A stretch of DNA of 64,000 bases from Phoronis australis. Lineage: Eukaryota > Animalia > Phoronida. The stretch spans positions 35,241-99,240 of the forward strand of contig NMRA01000125.1 of the NCBI GenBank assembly GCA_002633005.1, in the 5' to 3' direction. A program made the position numbers and the translations under genes. Below the pieces are notes generated by a model. It worked only from the letters and a program-made list of their open reading frames with translations, did no database searches and was not told the origin of the DNA. Shown in pieces: positions 50,443-62,245 of the stretch (position 1 is the stretch's first letter; each line of letters opens with the position of its first letter).

Positions 50443-50860
50443 TGATGCGACGATTGACTGAAGACTGGTTCGAGTTAATCCTTTATTAATCCCGACCGTA
50501 CGTTCACAAGCCTACTCAAACAAAACGTCCGACGTAATGTCTGTTTATGCTCCAGCCAGTGCTGCGAAGCCTTGACTTGTGATGAACTGCTGATTCTCTT
50601 CACTGCAACTCAACTGTAGTTCTCCTGATTGCCTTTCTTGAACTTCTGATGAAGTGACTTGATCCGACTAACACAAACCCGCGCTTGTGTATTTATAGCC
50701 TACATCAATTCAAGCACATTCTAGAACTTTCCTGAATCTACCCAATCATTCTACAAACATATACTAGTCTCTAGAATATTCCAGACTGCATTAATCACTG
50801 TCATGCAAGAGTCTTCTAGAAAGTTCCACACTATACTGTAGTAAACAAATTACATCATCA
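50443..50860 (-). mobile_element. Probable solo LTR
   Basis: TGATG...CATCA ends; on the minus strand, repeated TCTAGA-containing blocks, then TATAAATA, then AATAAA, in U3-R-U5 order; no matching TSD seen. Confidence 0.5.
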
Positions 50861-53800
50861 CTGTACTTAACTCAGGGGTCATGCCAGTCAAACACAATAA
50901 CAAAACAAAACAATACAACTAAAACTGTTAGTCTATATTCTGACATTCAGTAAATTTTGAATTTGGCATTATCATAGCAGATTTGCTATCTCTAAAAATC
51001 AGGTTGACGTAGACGAGTGCCGAATTGCTGCCTAAGCCACAGTTTCGTGGGAAACCCCAGCCCAGAAAATCCTCTCGAAAATCTCGGTTGCCAGATAAAT
51101 TTACGAGTAAGGGAAGCAGCAGAAGAGAAACCCTAAATATCAATTAGCATGGATGATCACAAGGCAATTCTTTGTATTTCCGACATTACAAAACAACGCC
51201 ATGTTTTTTTTTTGGTTTGATAGCATGAGGAGATAACACTAGGCCTGAAACCAGTAAGATAACACAATCTGCAATTGCGGAAACGTAAAAGGTAAAGTGG
51301 AAGTCAGATACATTCAGGTTGCAGTTACTTGCCTAGAAGCACCCATCCTAACGCTAAACCCATCTAATCGTTGTTTAATGTCCAGATTGGCGGAAGGGGC
51401 TGTCGTGGCAGTGATGCTGCGGACTTGCCAGAGTTTTGCACATTGTGTCCCCAGTGTTGTCTCACTCGGTACACCGATACAAAACGTAGCGTAAGGTCAC
51501 CCACGGAAGGATCATTAACGAACAGAAAGCTCGACGAACAACTAGGTCTCGCTAAGCCATTCGTTGTGAACTGGAAGTATCCACCTTCGGACGAACGTTC
51601 GTCAGCGAATGGAAAAATCCAATTGATAGCTGCGTAAATAATAAAAATTTCATAGTTCATTCCGAGATGCCGACCCTCATTTTGCACCAACATATGATTA
51701 TGTATGTCTTGAACCATGACCTTGCTACAATTTACAGAGTAAACCCAATATTTTCTGCATATTACAGTTTTTCCTGCTGGTGGATAATCGCTGATTGTTC
51801 ATTTTTTCATCGAAAACAAAACGCATGCGTTGTAAGCCTCTTGTTCAGCCATTGCAAAACTCCTCCCGTTTCCTTAAGTGTCAACTCGCTCCGAATCGTT
51901 GCTCTGGTCAGTAATTGGCTGGCGCATTCGTCGTGTTCCGTTTGTTATCTACTCTTTTAATGAAGGTGTGACCAGTCATTCGTTAGTTCGTTCATTCATT
52001 CGTTCGTTAATTAGTGAGCTTTAAAGGAACGAAATAGACCCCTGAAAGCCCTTAAGGACTTGACATTTTCATTAGTGTGAATTGCACTATTGCGATGGAA
52101 TAATTACTTCGTTCACTAATCGCAGTCTTTACATGTTGTTTGCGTCACTTAAAATACTCAGTTATGTTTTTAACACAGAATAAGTTTCATCAAGTAAATG
52201 ACATAGCTAAAATACAAAATTCAAAAATTACTTATGTATAGATGCACTTTTTCAAGTTAATAAAAATGATATACTAAGTCATTCAACTCTGCCTGCCCAG
52301 TGATTTTGTTTTCAGCAGGAATTCAAAACATGTGCCTAAAATTATTTATCATGTCTTGTTAATCGGAAAAAAAGTGATGTCGTATAGAAAGACCGTCATG
52401 AAAGAATACTTTTTGACCAAATTGCCTCGTGTTGAAATTTGCACCATAATAGTTTATCTCTACTATGTGGAAAGAGTATCTTTACCAATCACCAGTTGGC
52501 GAGTCCGTTTCGTCAACGAGTCAGCTCACCTAGAGCCTACCTACGGGAAACTAGGTCGCAAGCTTGTCGCATAGATTTCGGTAGATTGGCGTATCCATTG
52601 TTCACTGTGTTTTTCTTTGTTAAGATAAAGATAATGACAAGCACTTATCGGCTGATGTGCGCCCAAGGTACGATATCCATGCGATACCTTGAGACCTCCA
52701 TACGACGTCATTCAGCTAACCAAACTGTATGGGCAAATCGACATTTTGTGGGTCCACTCAAAATGGGCAACGAGACAGTATGGGAGAAAGGAAGCCCGTA
52801 TGAATGAATCCGCTAGGAATTGTTTTTGATGCCCAGCACAAGATAAGAATAAAAAGCAAAGAAAAACAGGCCTTTACCGAGACTGGTACTGGTCTGCACT
52901 CCGTCTCAGTTTGAGACCAGTGCTCACCGACTACAACTTAACAAAAAATACGCCCGCCCTCATCAATTTCCCCAAAGTCACGTGTTTTTATTTTGAAACC
53001 TGCAAAAACACAGGCTTGAATTGCCATGATTTATCATGTAAAAATCTCCATTTTTTGCTTGTCTCAGGTGGATTTGCTTTTTTTTGAAAAGTGAATAGCT
53101 AAAAACGGTGCACCAAGGCGATTTTAAAAAAATACAGACGAGAACCAACTGTGCTTTTTGGCCTGATGCCGTGCTTTTTGCTTATGAAAGTACTGCTTGT
53201 GGAGATAATCTGATCAGATAACCTGGTCGGATAATTTGATCGGATATTAGTGTGGTAGTATTGGCTTACGAAGAAGGCGTAAAAATCGTTTTGTACGAGC
53301 AACAGAAAACATTTCCCTGAATCGTGAAATTATAAATTAACCCCCCCCCCCCCTTCACCCTCTCTTGAAAGGCGTGGCCTGTTTACTCGCTTTACAGAAT
53401 CCAGGGTATACATCGGTATTTTGCACAAGTTAATCTGATATTGAAATTTCACGGTAAAAAATTAAGTTTATTCACTTACCTTAAAATTATTATTATGAAA
53501 ATCGGTTGACGCCTTATTCGCCCAGTCGTCATTTTAAAAGTAAGCCTCTTTTTAGGTTTTAAAAACAATGCATTCTGCGCTTATTTACAGGGCAAAGCGT
53601 GATTTTTTTTCGCGTACCTCGTTATATTTATGTCTCAACTGTATTGTTTGTTTTTTTGATGAAGATGAAGTTGTTCATGCACTGCCAATATTATGATTTG
53701 ATGACCGTGTACGGTATACATGTCTAACGGATCATCAAAATGGTCAAAGAGCATGTTACGGAAATTGCAATCAAAGGTCTCATTGTCATTTTTGGGGTGC

Positions 53801-54721
53801 AAGTTAAATCATAAACCGTCACAGAATTCACGTGAACATGAATAAATTCGGAGACTTTCTTGGGAGATGGCACTCAAGCCTCTCAAGGGATGCCGTGTCC
53901 CCCATGCGAGTATGCCATGTCCCAAGTGCGAGTTTGGTGAGAGGACAGTTTCAGAGACAAAGACCACATAGGACTAACACTGCTTTCAGCTTGTTTGGTA
54001 CTTCCTATTTCAACCAATTATGACAATTCTGGTGCCCTGAAAAATATCCAGCTAACAGGGTTGAATTAATCGTCATTCTCAAATTATATGTTGGCACATT
54101 ATCGCTGATTTGGGCCGGCTTCTGGATTTTGAATTTAGTGACTGATTTTTGGATCAACTGGCTTGTATATAGAACAACGGATAGAACATATCAGAACCCC
54201 AGCCTGATTAATCCTATAGCTTAGGCCTGGCAGTTTTTATTCAGTTTCAAAACCATGCCACAATATCCCCAGGACAAATTCCTAAATCAACATAACACGT
54301 GTTCTAAGCTGTAACAATTTTCGAAGTGCTTAGTAATTTACAGCGCTGCTAAATCTGCCATACTAATTATCATTTTCATTTTATTTGACTGGGTCCAAAA
54401 CGTCAATATGATGTCATACTCCATAAGTGAATTGAGAGACGCCTTATGTGACTTGGGGTTGATGCAACCATGGACTGAATATGCAGTCCCCACAAGTTTA
54501 TCTTTGGAACATCACGCAAAACTGCAAGTCGTCAAAGCAACTATACTTCCTGACTCTTCCAGTACCACGTGTGCAAACGTTAAACTACGCTCACTGATGC
54601 ACGCGGAATTTCGTGTGTTATTCATCGACCTTTCACATGGTCACGTGTAGGTGGCGCTGTCACAGAGGGTAAGGACAGTGCGGTGGCTGTAAAAAGGACG
54701 GCAAAGCAAAATTTTTTCTCC

Positions 54722-54921
54722 GTTGCTAACTCTATCGATAGAGATAGTAAGTCTATCAATAGAGTTACTAAGTCTATCGGTAGAGCTAGTAACTCTATAG
54801 ATAGAGATAGTATCATGTCTATCAATAGAGTTACTAAGTCTATCGATAGAGCTAGTAACTCTATAGATAGAGATAGTATGTCTATCAATAGAGTTACTAA
54901 GTCTATCGATAGAGTTAATAA
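54722..54921. repeat. 21-bp palindromic minisatellite with 3-unit higher-order repeat
   Basis: Units AACTCTATCGATAGAGATAGT / AAGTCTATCAATAGAGTTACT / AAGTCTATCGGTAGAGCTAGT cycling about three times. Confidence 0.85.
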
Positions 54922-56931
54922 CTCGCTTTAGAACCTCGTACTTGTTGTGAAGAGGCCAGCACAAAGTTCGTGCCATCAGATCGGAAGTCTAAGTATCAGG
55001 GTGATTGGCAATTTTGGTCGATGGCTCCAGGTCTGTCTGCATTGATTGCAGTTGTTTTATATAAGTGTGAGTGTGAGTGCTTCCTTAGAGCTGGAGACTT
55101 GATAATGCCATCTCCTCGAAAATGTGATGGGTCGTGTCAAACGAAAATAATTCCTCTTAGAAACACTAATGGTCTGAAAAAGACTGCTTGTGAATCACTG
55201 AAGCTATATTTCGAATGGTGACCGAGATTCGACTTGCAGCAACTCTCGTGCTAAAATGTAGTCAATTGATGACAGTGTAGACTCTCAATTAAGTATGAAA
55301 GGCGGGCCAGTTTTGATTAATGCCCTTTTTGTTATAATAAAATGTAGACCTTGAGCCATCCGGGAATGTTCATGATATTAACAGTAAAGACTCGTCCTGG
55401 AACGAGAGTATAGAGACAGTTTCAAGATCACACGTGACCAGAGTTTCCGCGACTCATCACAGTCAACGTCCCATCGAAGGAGACGAGAGGTCTCCGAAGA
55501 TCAAGGAAACAAAAAAATGTAATCCATCAGACCAGCCTTTTTGTAGTATGAGCAAGGAATGTTACTCTTTGGTATGAGGTTATAAATTCGTCACTGATAT
55601 TGTGATAGGCCCACATCTGCTGTAGGTAACAGCAAACAGAACCTTTTTGAGGTGAGCTAAAGACTTGTGTCTCATATTCCGGGCAAAAACAAAAAAACGC
55701 AATTAAAATTACTTTGCTACTTCCGGAATTAGTTCATATTGCTTTCATGTTACGTGACGATAGCCTCCGGCATAAATTTACTGACGCGAAGAAAAGCAAT
55801 AACAGCATAAAAAATATGATTTTATTTTTATCAGAACAGACGTGTGTCTCCTCCACTGTGCGCTTAATTTTTCAAATTGTCTGCGTGAAGTCAACAAAGT
55901 CCATCAATCACATGGATAGGATTTGAAGTGAGTCGGAAGAAACTGATGAGAGTAAACCTAAAGCAGACAGTTTCATTAATCTTAGACGTTGCAGCGGTTC
56001 ATTGTCGGTTTATTATTTGACTAACTCTTAAACAGGCTGCAAAGCTTTTAGCTAAAATTTATCCGACACTTACATTACCGGATATCAATCGGCTCTGCAA
56101 TCTTGGGTCCTGATAGGCAGGGAGGCAGGAAGACGTGGAGGTTTCCAGACAAAGAATGATGACATTGTTTACGTGAAGTGCATTTTAGGACGTTTATTAA
56201 AATTGATGCGAGAAATAATTATAGTTCACATGTCAGTTATTACACTCTGGCACGCATGACGGAGCCTCAGCTCAATTTTCCAGTTCCAGCCTTGTATTCG
56301 TACACACATGTATTTCTAGGCTTTAAGTGTATGTAAGACAGTATAAAAAGGTCAAAGATCATACAATACGACAAACCAATGGAAGGAATACTTTTATACC
56401 AATACAGGCCTAGGAAACCGTGAAGCGACTTGTTGGGAAATCGTGTTTGCATGAAAACCTGTTTAAGCCATTATGGTTAGGTGTTACGGTTTTTACTTGG
56501 GTATGTTCTGGAGAATCGCAAGATTCGTGTGTTCACAATGCTGTCTAACTGATAACGCGTTTGTCACAATACAAGATCACGTGTTCGTGATTCCCAATTA
56601 CGTTGCACAGCTTACGTACTTTTTCACTTCTATCTGCACATATAGTGCCATGTAAATCTTTATCATTCATGTACGGCCACTTATACTTCCGTTCTCTGAT
56701 TAGCAAATTTAAAGTACGACGAGTTCCGTTTTGAGGTAATATTGCCCGGTTAGTCATGTAATTTCATTTTCATTCAAGCCGCAAAGACGCACGATGTCGC
56801 TGTTCATGCTAAGACCAATTACACTCTGCAGATTGGAAGTCGATGAAAGATTACTTCTGTCATATTATCTACTTATACTTCAGAGTACCTCGCATTATAC
56901 CACATACGTCTAAAACACCCGTGCAAGAACC

Positions 56932-57345
56932 TATCGTTGGCCAAATGGGTGAATGTTACGCACGTAAATTACGTTCATAAATTTTAACTAAAATTCTTGT
57001 TAGTGGCGTAAAGTAATTATTAACGGCATAAATTAACTTTTAACGACGTAAAATAATTATTTGCGGCGTAAATTTAATTTAACAGCGTAAGTAATTATTT
57101 ACGTGTGTGATTTAAGCACGTAAATAAAACGCAAATTGCGCAGCCACGTAATTAACATTAATTTTTACTTTACGTCGCAAATAATTTCATTACGCTGTTA
57201 AAAGTAAGTTAGTTTACCGCGCAAATAATTGCTTTACGCCGTTAAAAGTTAATTTACGCCGCAAATAATTGCTTTACGCCACTAACAAGAATTAATTTAC
57301 GCACGTAATTTACGTGTGTAACGTTCACTCATTCGGCCAACGATA
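56932..57345. mobile_element. Foldback MITE with about 20-bp internal tandem units
   Basis: TATCGTTGGCC / GGCCAACGATA ends; arms built from TTTACGCCGCAAATAATTGC-like units in opposite orientations. Confidence 0.75.
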
Positions 57346-57800
57346 ACAACCGTTTGTGTCATGTGCCGGTGTAATAACCTTGAAGGACATGTTCACGGGA
57401 CATTGTTAAAACGTTAGCATGTAGTATAAATATTTTAAACTATGATCATAAGTAGTTTTAGCTGTGGAAGTGCTGTTGTAAGTATTAGAATTATTCTGAA
57501 AGTATTAATTTAGTATTTCCATTGTGATTATATCATCATTATTATTGTTTCTGCATGTCAGATAGACAGTGTAAATTTAGTTTAAAGATATCTATTTTGG
57601 CACTACAATTGCAGCAACGATGCGCTTCTAACATGATTACAACTGGAGATTAATGTTTGTTTCGCCGAGTCCTTATTGTTACATTGAGTGTCAATGTTGA
57701 CACATTGGCCATTACCTTTGTAAGAAAACACCTATTACGATTACTGAATGGACATACAATCGAATTAATTACAAATGCGCCTATTTCCTTGAATCTTAAC

Positions 57801-57819
57801 TTATTTTTCTTTCTTGTAG
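57801..57819 (+). promoter_or_regulatory. Probable splice acceptor of a 5' UTR intron of the GPCR
   Basis: Polypyrimidine tract TTATTTTTCTTTCTTGTAG ending 172 nt before the ATG. Confidence 0.55.
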
Positions 57820-57991
57820 ATGAACTAGTTGTAGCACAAGGACGAACAGAAATGTTTGACGTACGTGTGAACAGAGTACGGGAATATTTTTCGCATGAGA
57901 AACAGTAACAACACCCGTTGTCTTCATCCAGAAGCTACTCTGGGAAATCTTATTCAGAAAGCAAATATCTTTCCAAGAAGACGGAACGAAT

Positions 57992-59173
57992 ATGGCGAAC
58001 ATAAATGACATTCCCAAGTCGTACGTCCATTTCATAGTTGAATGGATGAATCGCGAGCACGTGAACACAACGGAACAGTTGAAGGGTATCTACGTACGAC
58101 AAAGCCTACGTTACATCTATCCGCTCTTTGTTTTACTGCACGTCATTGTTGTCTTAGTTGGAATTTCCGGAAACTTCGGCATGATCGTGATTATCATTCG
58201 GAAGAAGCTATTTCACAATCCGCTTTATAAATACTTCCTAAATCTTGGCCTGTCTGATCTAATTAAGTGCATTCTGGTGCTCCCTCCGACACTTCCGATA
58301 CTTTTCATTGAGAACTGGGTATTCGGAAGTTTCTTGTGTTATTTCTTGCCAATGCTTCAATACTTTCCAGTTCATGCGTCCATGCTAACATTGTTACTCA
58401 TCAGTGCCGATAGGTTCCGCTACATCGTTTACCCAATGAAATCGCGCATCCCGGCTACCATGTGTATCATTGCCTGCTGGGTAATTTCCATCTGTGCCGT
58501 GTTGCCTTACGCAATATATATAAAGTTCATAGATCTCGGCCACTATCTCAAGGAGGATCTCGGTGGGATCGGTTTGTGCGTGGTGGCCGCTGGAAGAGAT
58601 CTATACATCGAAGAATATATTCGAGCTAAATTTGTCGTTATGTATGCGTTGCCGCTGGCAATCATTGCCTTCTTATACGTCCGCGTGTCCGCTGAATTGA
58701 AGTCACGCGAGAGCCAGAGCCTCGCTGGAAATGCGCCAGTGTTATCTTTCGAAATCGGGCAGAGCTGGACTGACAATGAACCATCAAGCGCCATAGAACC
58801 GGAACTTGCGTCAGGAAGCTCAACGCAACCACTACAAGACAGTCCAGAAGGAAGTGACGATGAAGAGTTGGATACGTACAACGAGAAACGGATTCAAAAG
58901 TACCTTATTTCCATGGTAACGGTTTTTGCTATCTGTTGGTGCCCTTTGCAGGTTTTGTACATCATAACGCCAGTCACCACCGAAACCGCCCATAACAAAG
59001 CCTACTTTGATATCACTTACAACAGCTTCGTTTGGTTTGGGTTCCTATCGACATGTTCCACCCCAGTCTTGTTCGCGTTTTTGCGAATGTCGAATTCTGC
59101 CAAGGAGCGACTCAGAGACTACTTCAGAATGATCAGCCAAAACATCAATCGCAATCGAGCGAACGCCTTTTAG
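57992..59173 (+). CDS. Class A (rhodopsin-like) GPCR, neuropeptide-receptor-like (NPY/sNPF/PrRP-type), intronless CDS
   Basis: 393-aa ORF with seven hydrophobic segments; GN in TM1, LxLSD in TM2, NWVFG in ECL1 plus conserved Cys, DRF, W in TM4, P in TM5, FAICWCP in TM6; N-terminal NTT sequon; in-frame stop upstream of the ATG. Confidence 0.95.
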   Translation: MANINDIPKSYVHFIVEWMNREHVNTTEQLKGIYVRQSLRYIYPLFVLLHVIVVLVGISGNFGMIVIIIRKKLFHNPLYKYFLNLGLSDLIKCILVLPPTLPILFIENWVFGSFLCYFLPMLQYFPVHASMLTLLLISADRFRYIVYPMKSRIPATMCIIACWVISICAVLPYAIYIKFIDLGHYLKEDLGGIGLCVVAAGRDLYIEEYIRAKFVVMYALPLAIIAFLYVRVSAELKSRESQSLAGNAPVLSFEIGQSWTDNEPSSAIEPELASGSSTQPLQDSPEGSDDEELDTYNEKRIQKYLISMVTVFAICWCPLQVLYIITPVTTETAHNKAYFDITYNSFVWFGFLSTCSTPVLFAFLRMSNSAKERLRDYFRMISQNINRNRANAF

Positions 59174-59337
59174 ACGAAAAAAGTTACCTTACGAGTAACA
59201 TATGTCTCATTTCTTAGATTTCGGTATGAACTCTTGGTTTGAAAGCGAAGCATGGGCTAAAAATCCTTTACGAGATTGCCGTGTTTAGGCATTCGCTTGT
59301 TTAGTATTACGTTATTCTTATGTTTTGGACCCAATCA

Positions 59338-59366
59338 AATAAAACTAAAATGTCAAAATTAATAAA
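59338..59366 (+). terminator. Candidate polyadenylation signals of the GPCR
   Basis: AATAAA at 59338-59343 and 59361-59366, 165-190 nt after the stop; AT-rich context weakens the call. Confidence 0.35.
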
Positions 59367-59974
59367 TAATAGTACTTAGACCAGGTTTACGTAAATTTCC
59401 AAGCATTTATAGTGGCAGATGCGTCATCGCTAAACATCCGAATTAAAAGGGAATTTTCCAATTGAATGCTTGACTGTTAAATTATTAACTTAGGTAGTTT
59501 CTCTACACCGTTCTTTTTGTTCCACCTGAACTTTCCGTATGAACACATACTGTGTATATGAGACTACATTAAATCATCTTGTAGACCGTGGAACTTGTGA
59601 TTTGGATAATCGTGTACAGTCCTAATAATCTTATTAACTTGCTACTGCAAAGGTTCTTAAAGAAAGTGAAATACCGCGAAGAAGCTCTGCTCCGTCCTTG
59701 GATCTGTACTGGAATCTAATGAGGCTGTAGGCCCTAATGGCCGGCCGGTTCACTTTTCTCCCGCTTTAGAAATTATTAATTACTAACTCGTGATTAATGG
59801 AAAAGGGATTTTAAGCTACAGAACACCTGCATGTATCTTGTGATCATGCGGCTGTAACAGTTTCGGTGCATAATTTTTGCGGCCCACCTAGGCCAGCTGA
59901 GTTCAGACCTAAATAATACGACAACAGCGACAACACTTCTAATCTAAGGGAAATTTTTAGAATAATTTCATGGT

Positions 59975-60952
59975 TATGGAAAGCCAAAGCATATTTTCTA
60001 TTCAAGAATTAAAAACTCTGCAGGACCAAAAAACAACTCAAACTCGAAGATATCACACCAGGACCTATAACTTATCACGCCAGGACAACAATTTAACACG
60101 TCGAGACCGAAAATTCATCACCTCAGGTCCAAAAATTTATAAGTCCATGACCGCTACCGCGCCAGTACAGAAAATTTATCGTGTCAGGAAAGAAAACTTT
60201 GATGTCAGGAGACCACGTGATCATCCACAAGCACGTGATTACGATCATGTGGACGACAACCGAGATGAGAGAGAGAGAGAGTGGCGATCACGGACATCAT
60301 GTATCAACCTTAGTGAATTATCCGCATTTTGATGCACAGAGAGGTAATACTCGGCCACATTCAAATCTAATATGTCCAAGTGTACACTCACTTCTGTTGC
60401 AAAGCGTGGAAGAGACGGCAGAAATGCCACATTTAACCTCATTCAGTCATGATAATATGACAGTCGTCTGCGAGACTTTGTTGAACGCGTAGCCCTTGTG
60501 TACCTCTAGTGGTTACGTGAATATCCTCGAATGAAATTTTTCTGGCGTGATAAATGTTCGATCCTGAGACGTGTTCAATTTGCTGTCCTGACGTATGAAA
60601 TTTTGGACCCGACGTGTTAAATTTCCAGTCTTGACGTGATAATTTTTATGTCCTGACTTGATTAATTTTGGATCATTACGTGGTAAATTAAAGGTCCTGA
60701 CGCGATAAATTATACGTCCTGACGTGATAAATTATAGGTCCTGACATGATAAATTTTCGGTCCTGACGTGATACATTTTGTTATTGGGTTATTTGTTGGT
60801 CTTGCAGAGTGAAAAAACTTTTTTAATTTTTGCATAAATGAAAATTCTGGTTTTAAGGTATTTGTATTTTTGGTCCTGCAGAGTAAAAATAATTTTTTGC
60901 CCTGTTCTGAATTTTGCATGGAAAATCTGTTCCTCTTTGGCTTTCCATCATA
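59975..60952. mobile_element. Foldback MITE with 22-bp internal tandem units
   Basis: ATGGAAAGCCAAAG / CTTTGGCTTTCCAT ends; ACTCTGCAGGACC inverted pair; arrays of GGTCCTGACGTGATAAATTATA-like units, inverted between the arms. Confidence 0.75.
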
Positions 60953-61773
60953 GCAGCAAGCATTTGGAGTGTTTGGTATAAAAAGACGCGGGGAACAGGT
61001 ATGTTCTGGCATTATGTATACCTGTCTCAGCGACACGAGTTGTGCTCAAATTCTAAGAACAGTGGATAGTTTCGACAAGCGTAGTTAGTCCTCTATACTG
61101 ACTCAATGCTACGAAGTCTCAAAAGCACGAGGCAAACATGATAAGCGTAATTTACATCTAGTACAAGTTGATGACAATGTATTTCGGGCGGTATTCCAAA
61201 GCCAGAAATATAAACTGCCATCAGTTCTGCCGCAGACACGAACAGTGTGCTAGTCAACATACTAACATTCTCGAATGTCGATTTGCACATCGCTCATGCC
61301 TGCGCAGATTTAATGGGTCATGGGAAAAGAAAATGAACTGATACAATTATTAAATTCATCCATATCTTTGAACCAGTCAAGCAAGTACCGTGGGCACACA
61401 GAGTTGTTTTGCATCGCACTGTTGTGTTCTATATCAACCACTTCCTCTTTTCCTAATTCTGTGTTGTGATTGATTGTTTAAAGTGACGACTTGTTTTGTT
61501 GTTTTTCAAGACTTGGGTTATGTTGCCTTTGTCACATGGCTGACGCGGCCACATTGACATTGTTGTGTGTTCTTATTGTTCCAATTAGCCGGCCTAAAAT
61601 GACTGCATAACGAAAGGAACTGTTTGTGTTTCATCATGCAGTTCGACTTGTGTCTTCAAAAGTTAATGTAAAATAAATTTTTTGTAATTGAAGTTTTCAT
61701 CTTTGTCTTTTTGTGTTTGTTTCCTTCTCGAATAAAATATTATACGAGATTAGCAGTTGTGCCTGTTGAATGA

Positions 61774-62245
61774 TATGAAGCGCCAAAGGATTCTTGAAAG
61801 AGTACTTTCTGCGCGTTGAAAAGTGCTTAATCAACGCGTAGTTTTGCGCAACGCGTACTTTTAATGCTCATGCGATCATCGTTCTGGTCTTACTCAACGC
61901 GTGCTTTTGCTTAATCAACGCGCATTATTGCCTATTCAACGCGAGCTTTTAATCAGTTCATACAGCCCAATCACGTCCGCGTGCTCTCAAATCTCAAAAT
62001 GATGGAGGACTCTACATGGGTGCAAGGCAACTTTCGAAGAATATTGCAGATTCTTATCAAGAGACCACGTAAATGATGGTGCCGTTACGTACTGAATGTA
62101 AACTTGTCTTTCATTGGACATAACGATTAACTTTTTCAGCGCGTTGCTTTAGTAAAACTACGCGTTGATTAAGCAAAAGTGCGCGTTGATTAAGCACATT
62201 TCAACGCGCAGAAAGGTACTCGTTTAAGAATCACTGGTGATCATA
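61774..62245. mobile_element. Foldback MITE with about 21-bp internal tandem units
   Basis: GATTCTT..GAGTACTTTCTGCGCGTTGAAA is inverted to TTTCAACGCGCAGAAAGGTACTC..AAGAATC; units like CGCGTGCTTTTGCTTAATCAA. Confidence 0.75.

Noticed and set aside
54622-54976. Repetitive ORFs on both strands (SIDR/LSIELL repeats)
   Set aside because: By-product of a 21-bp palindromic minisatellite; no splice or codon evidence.
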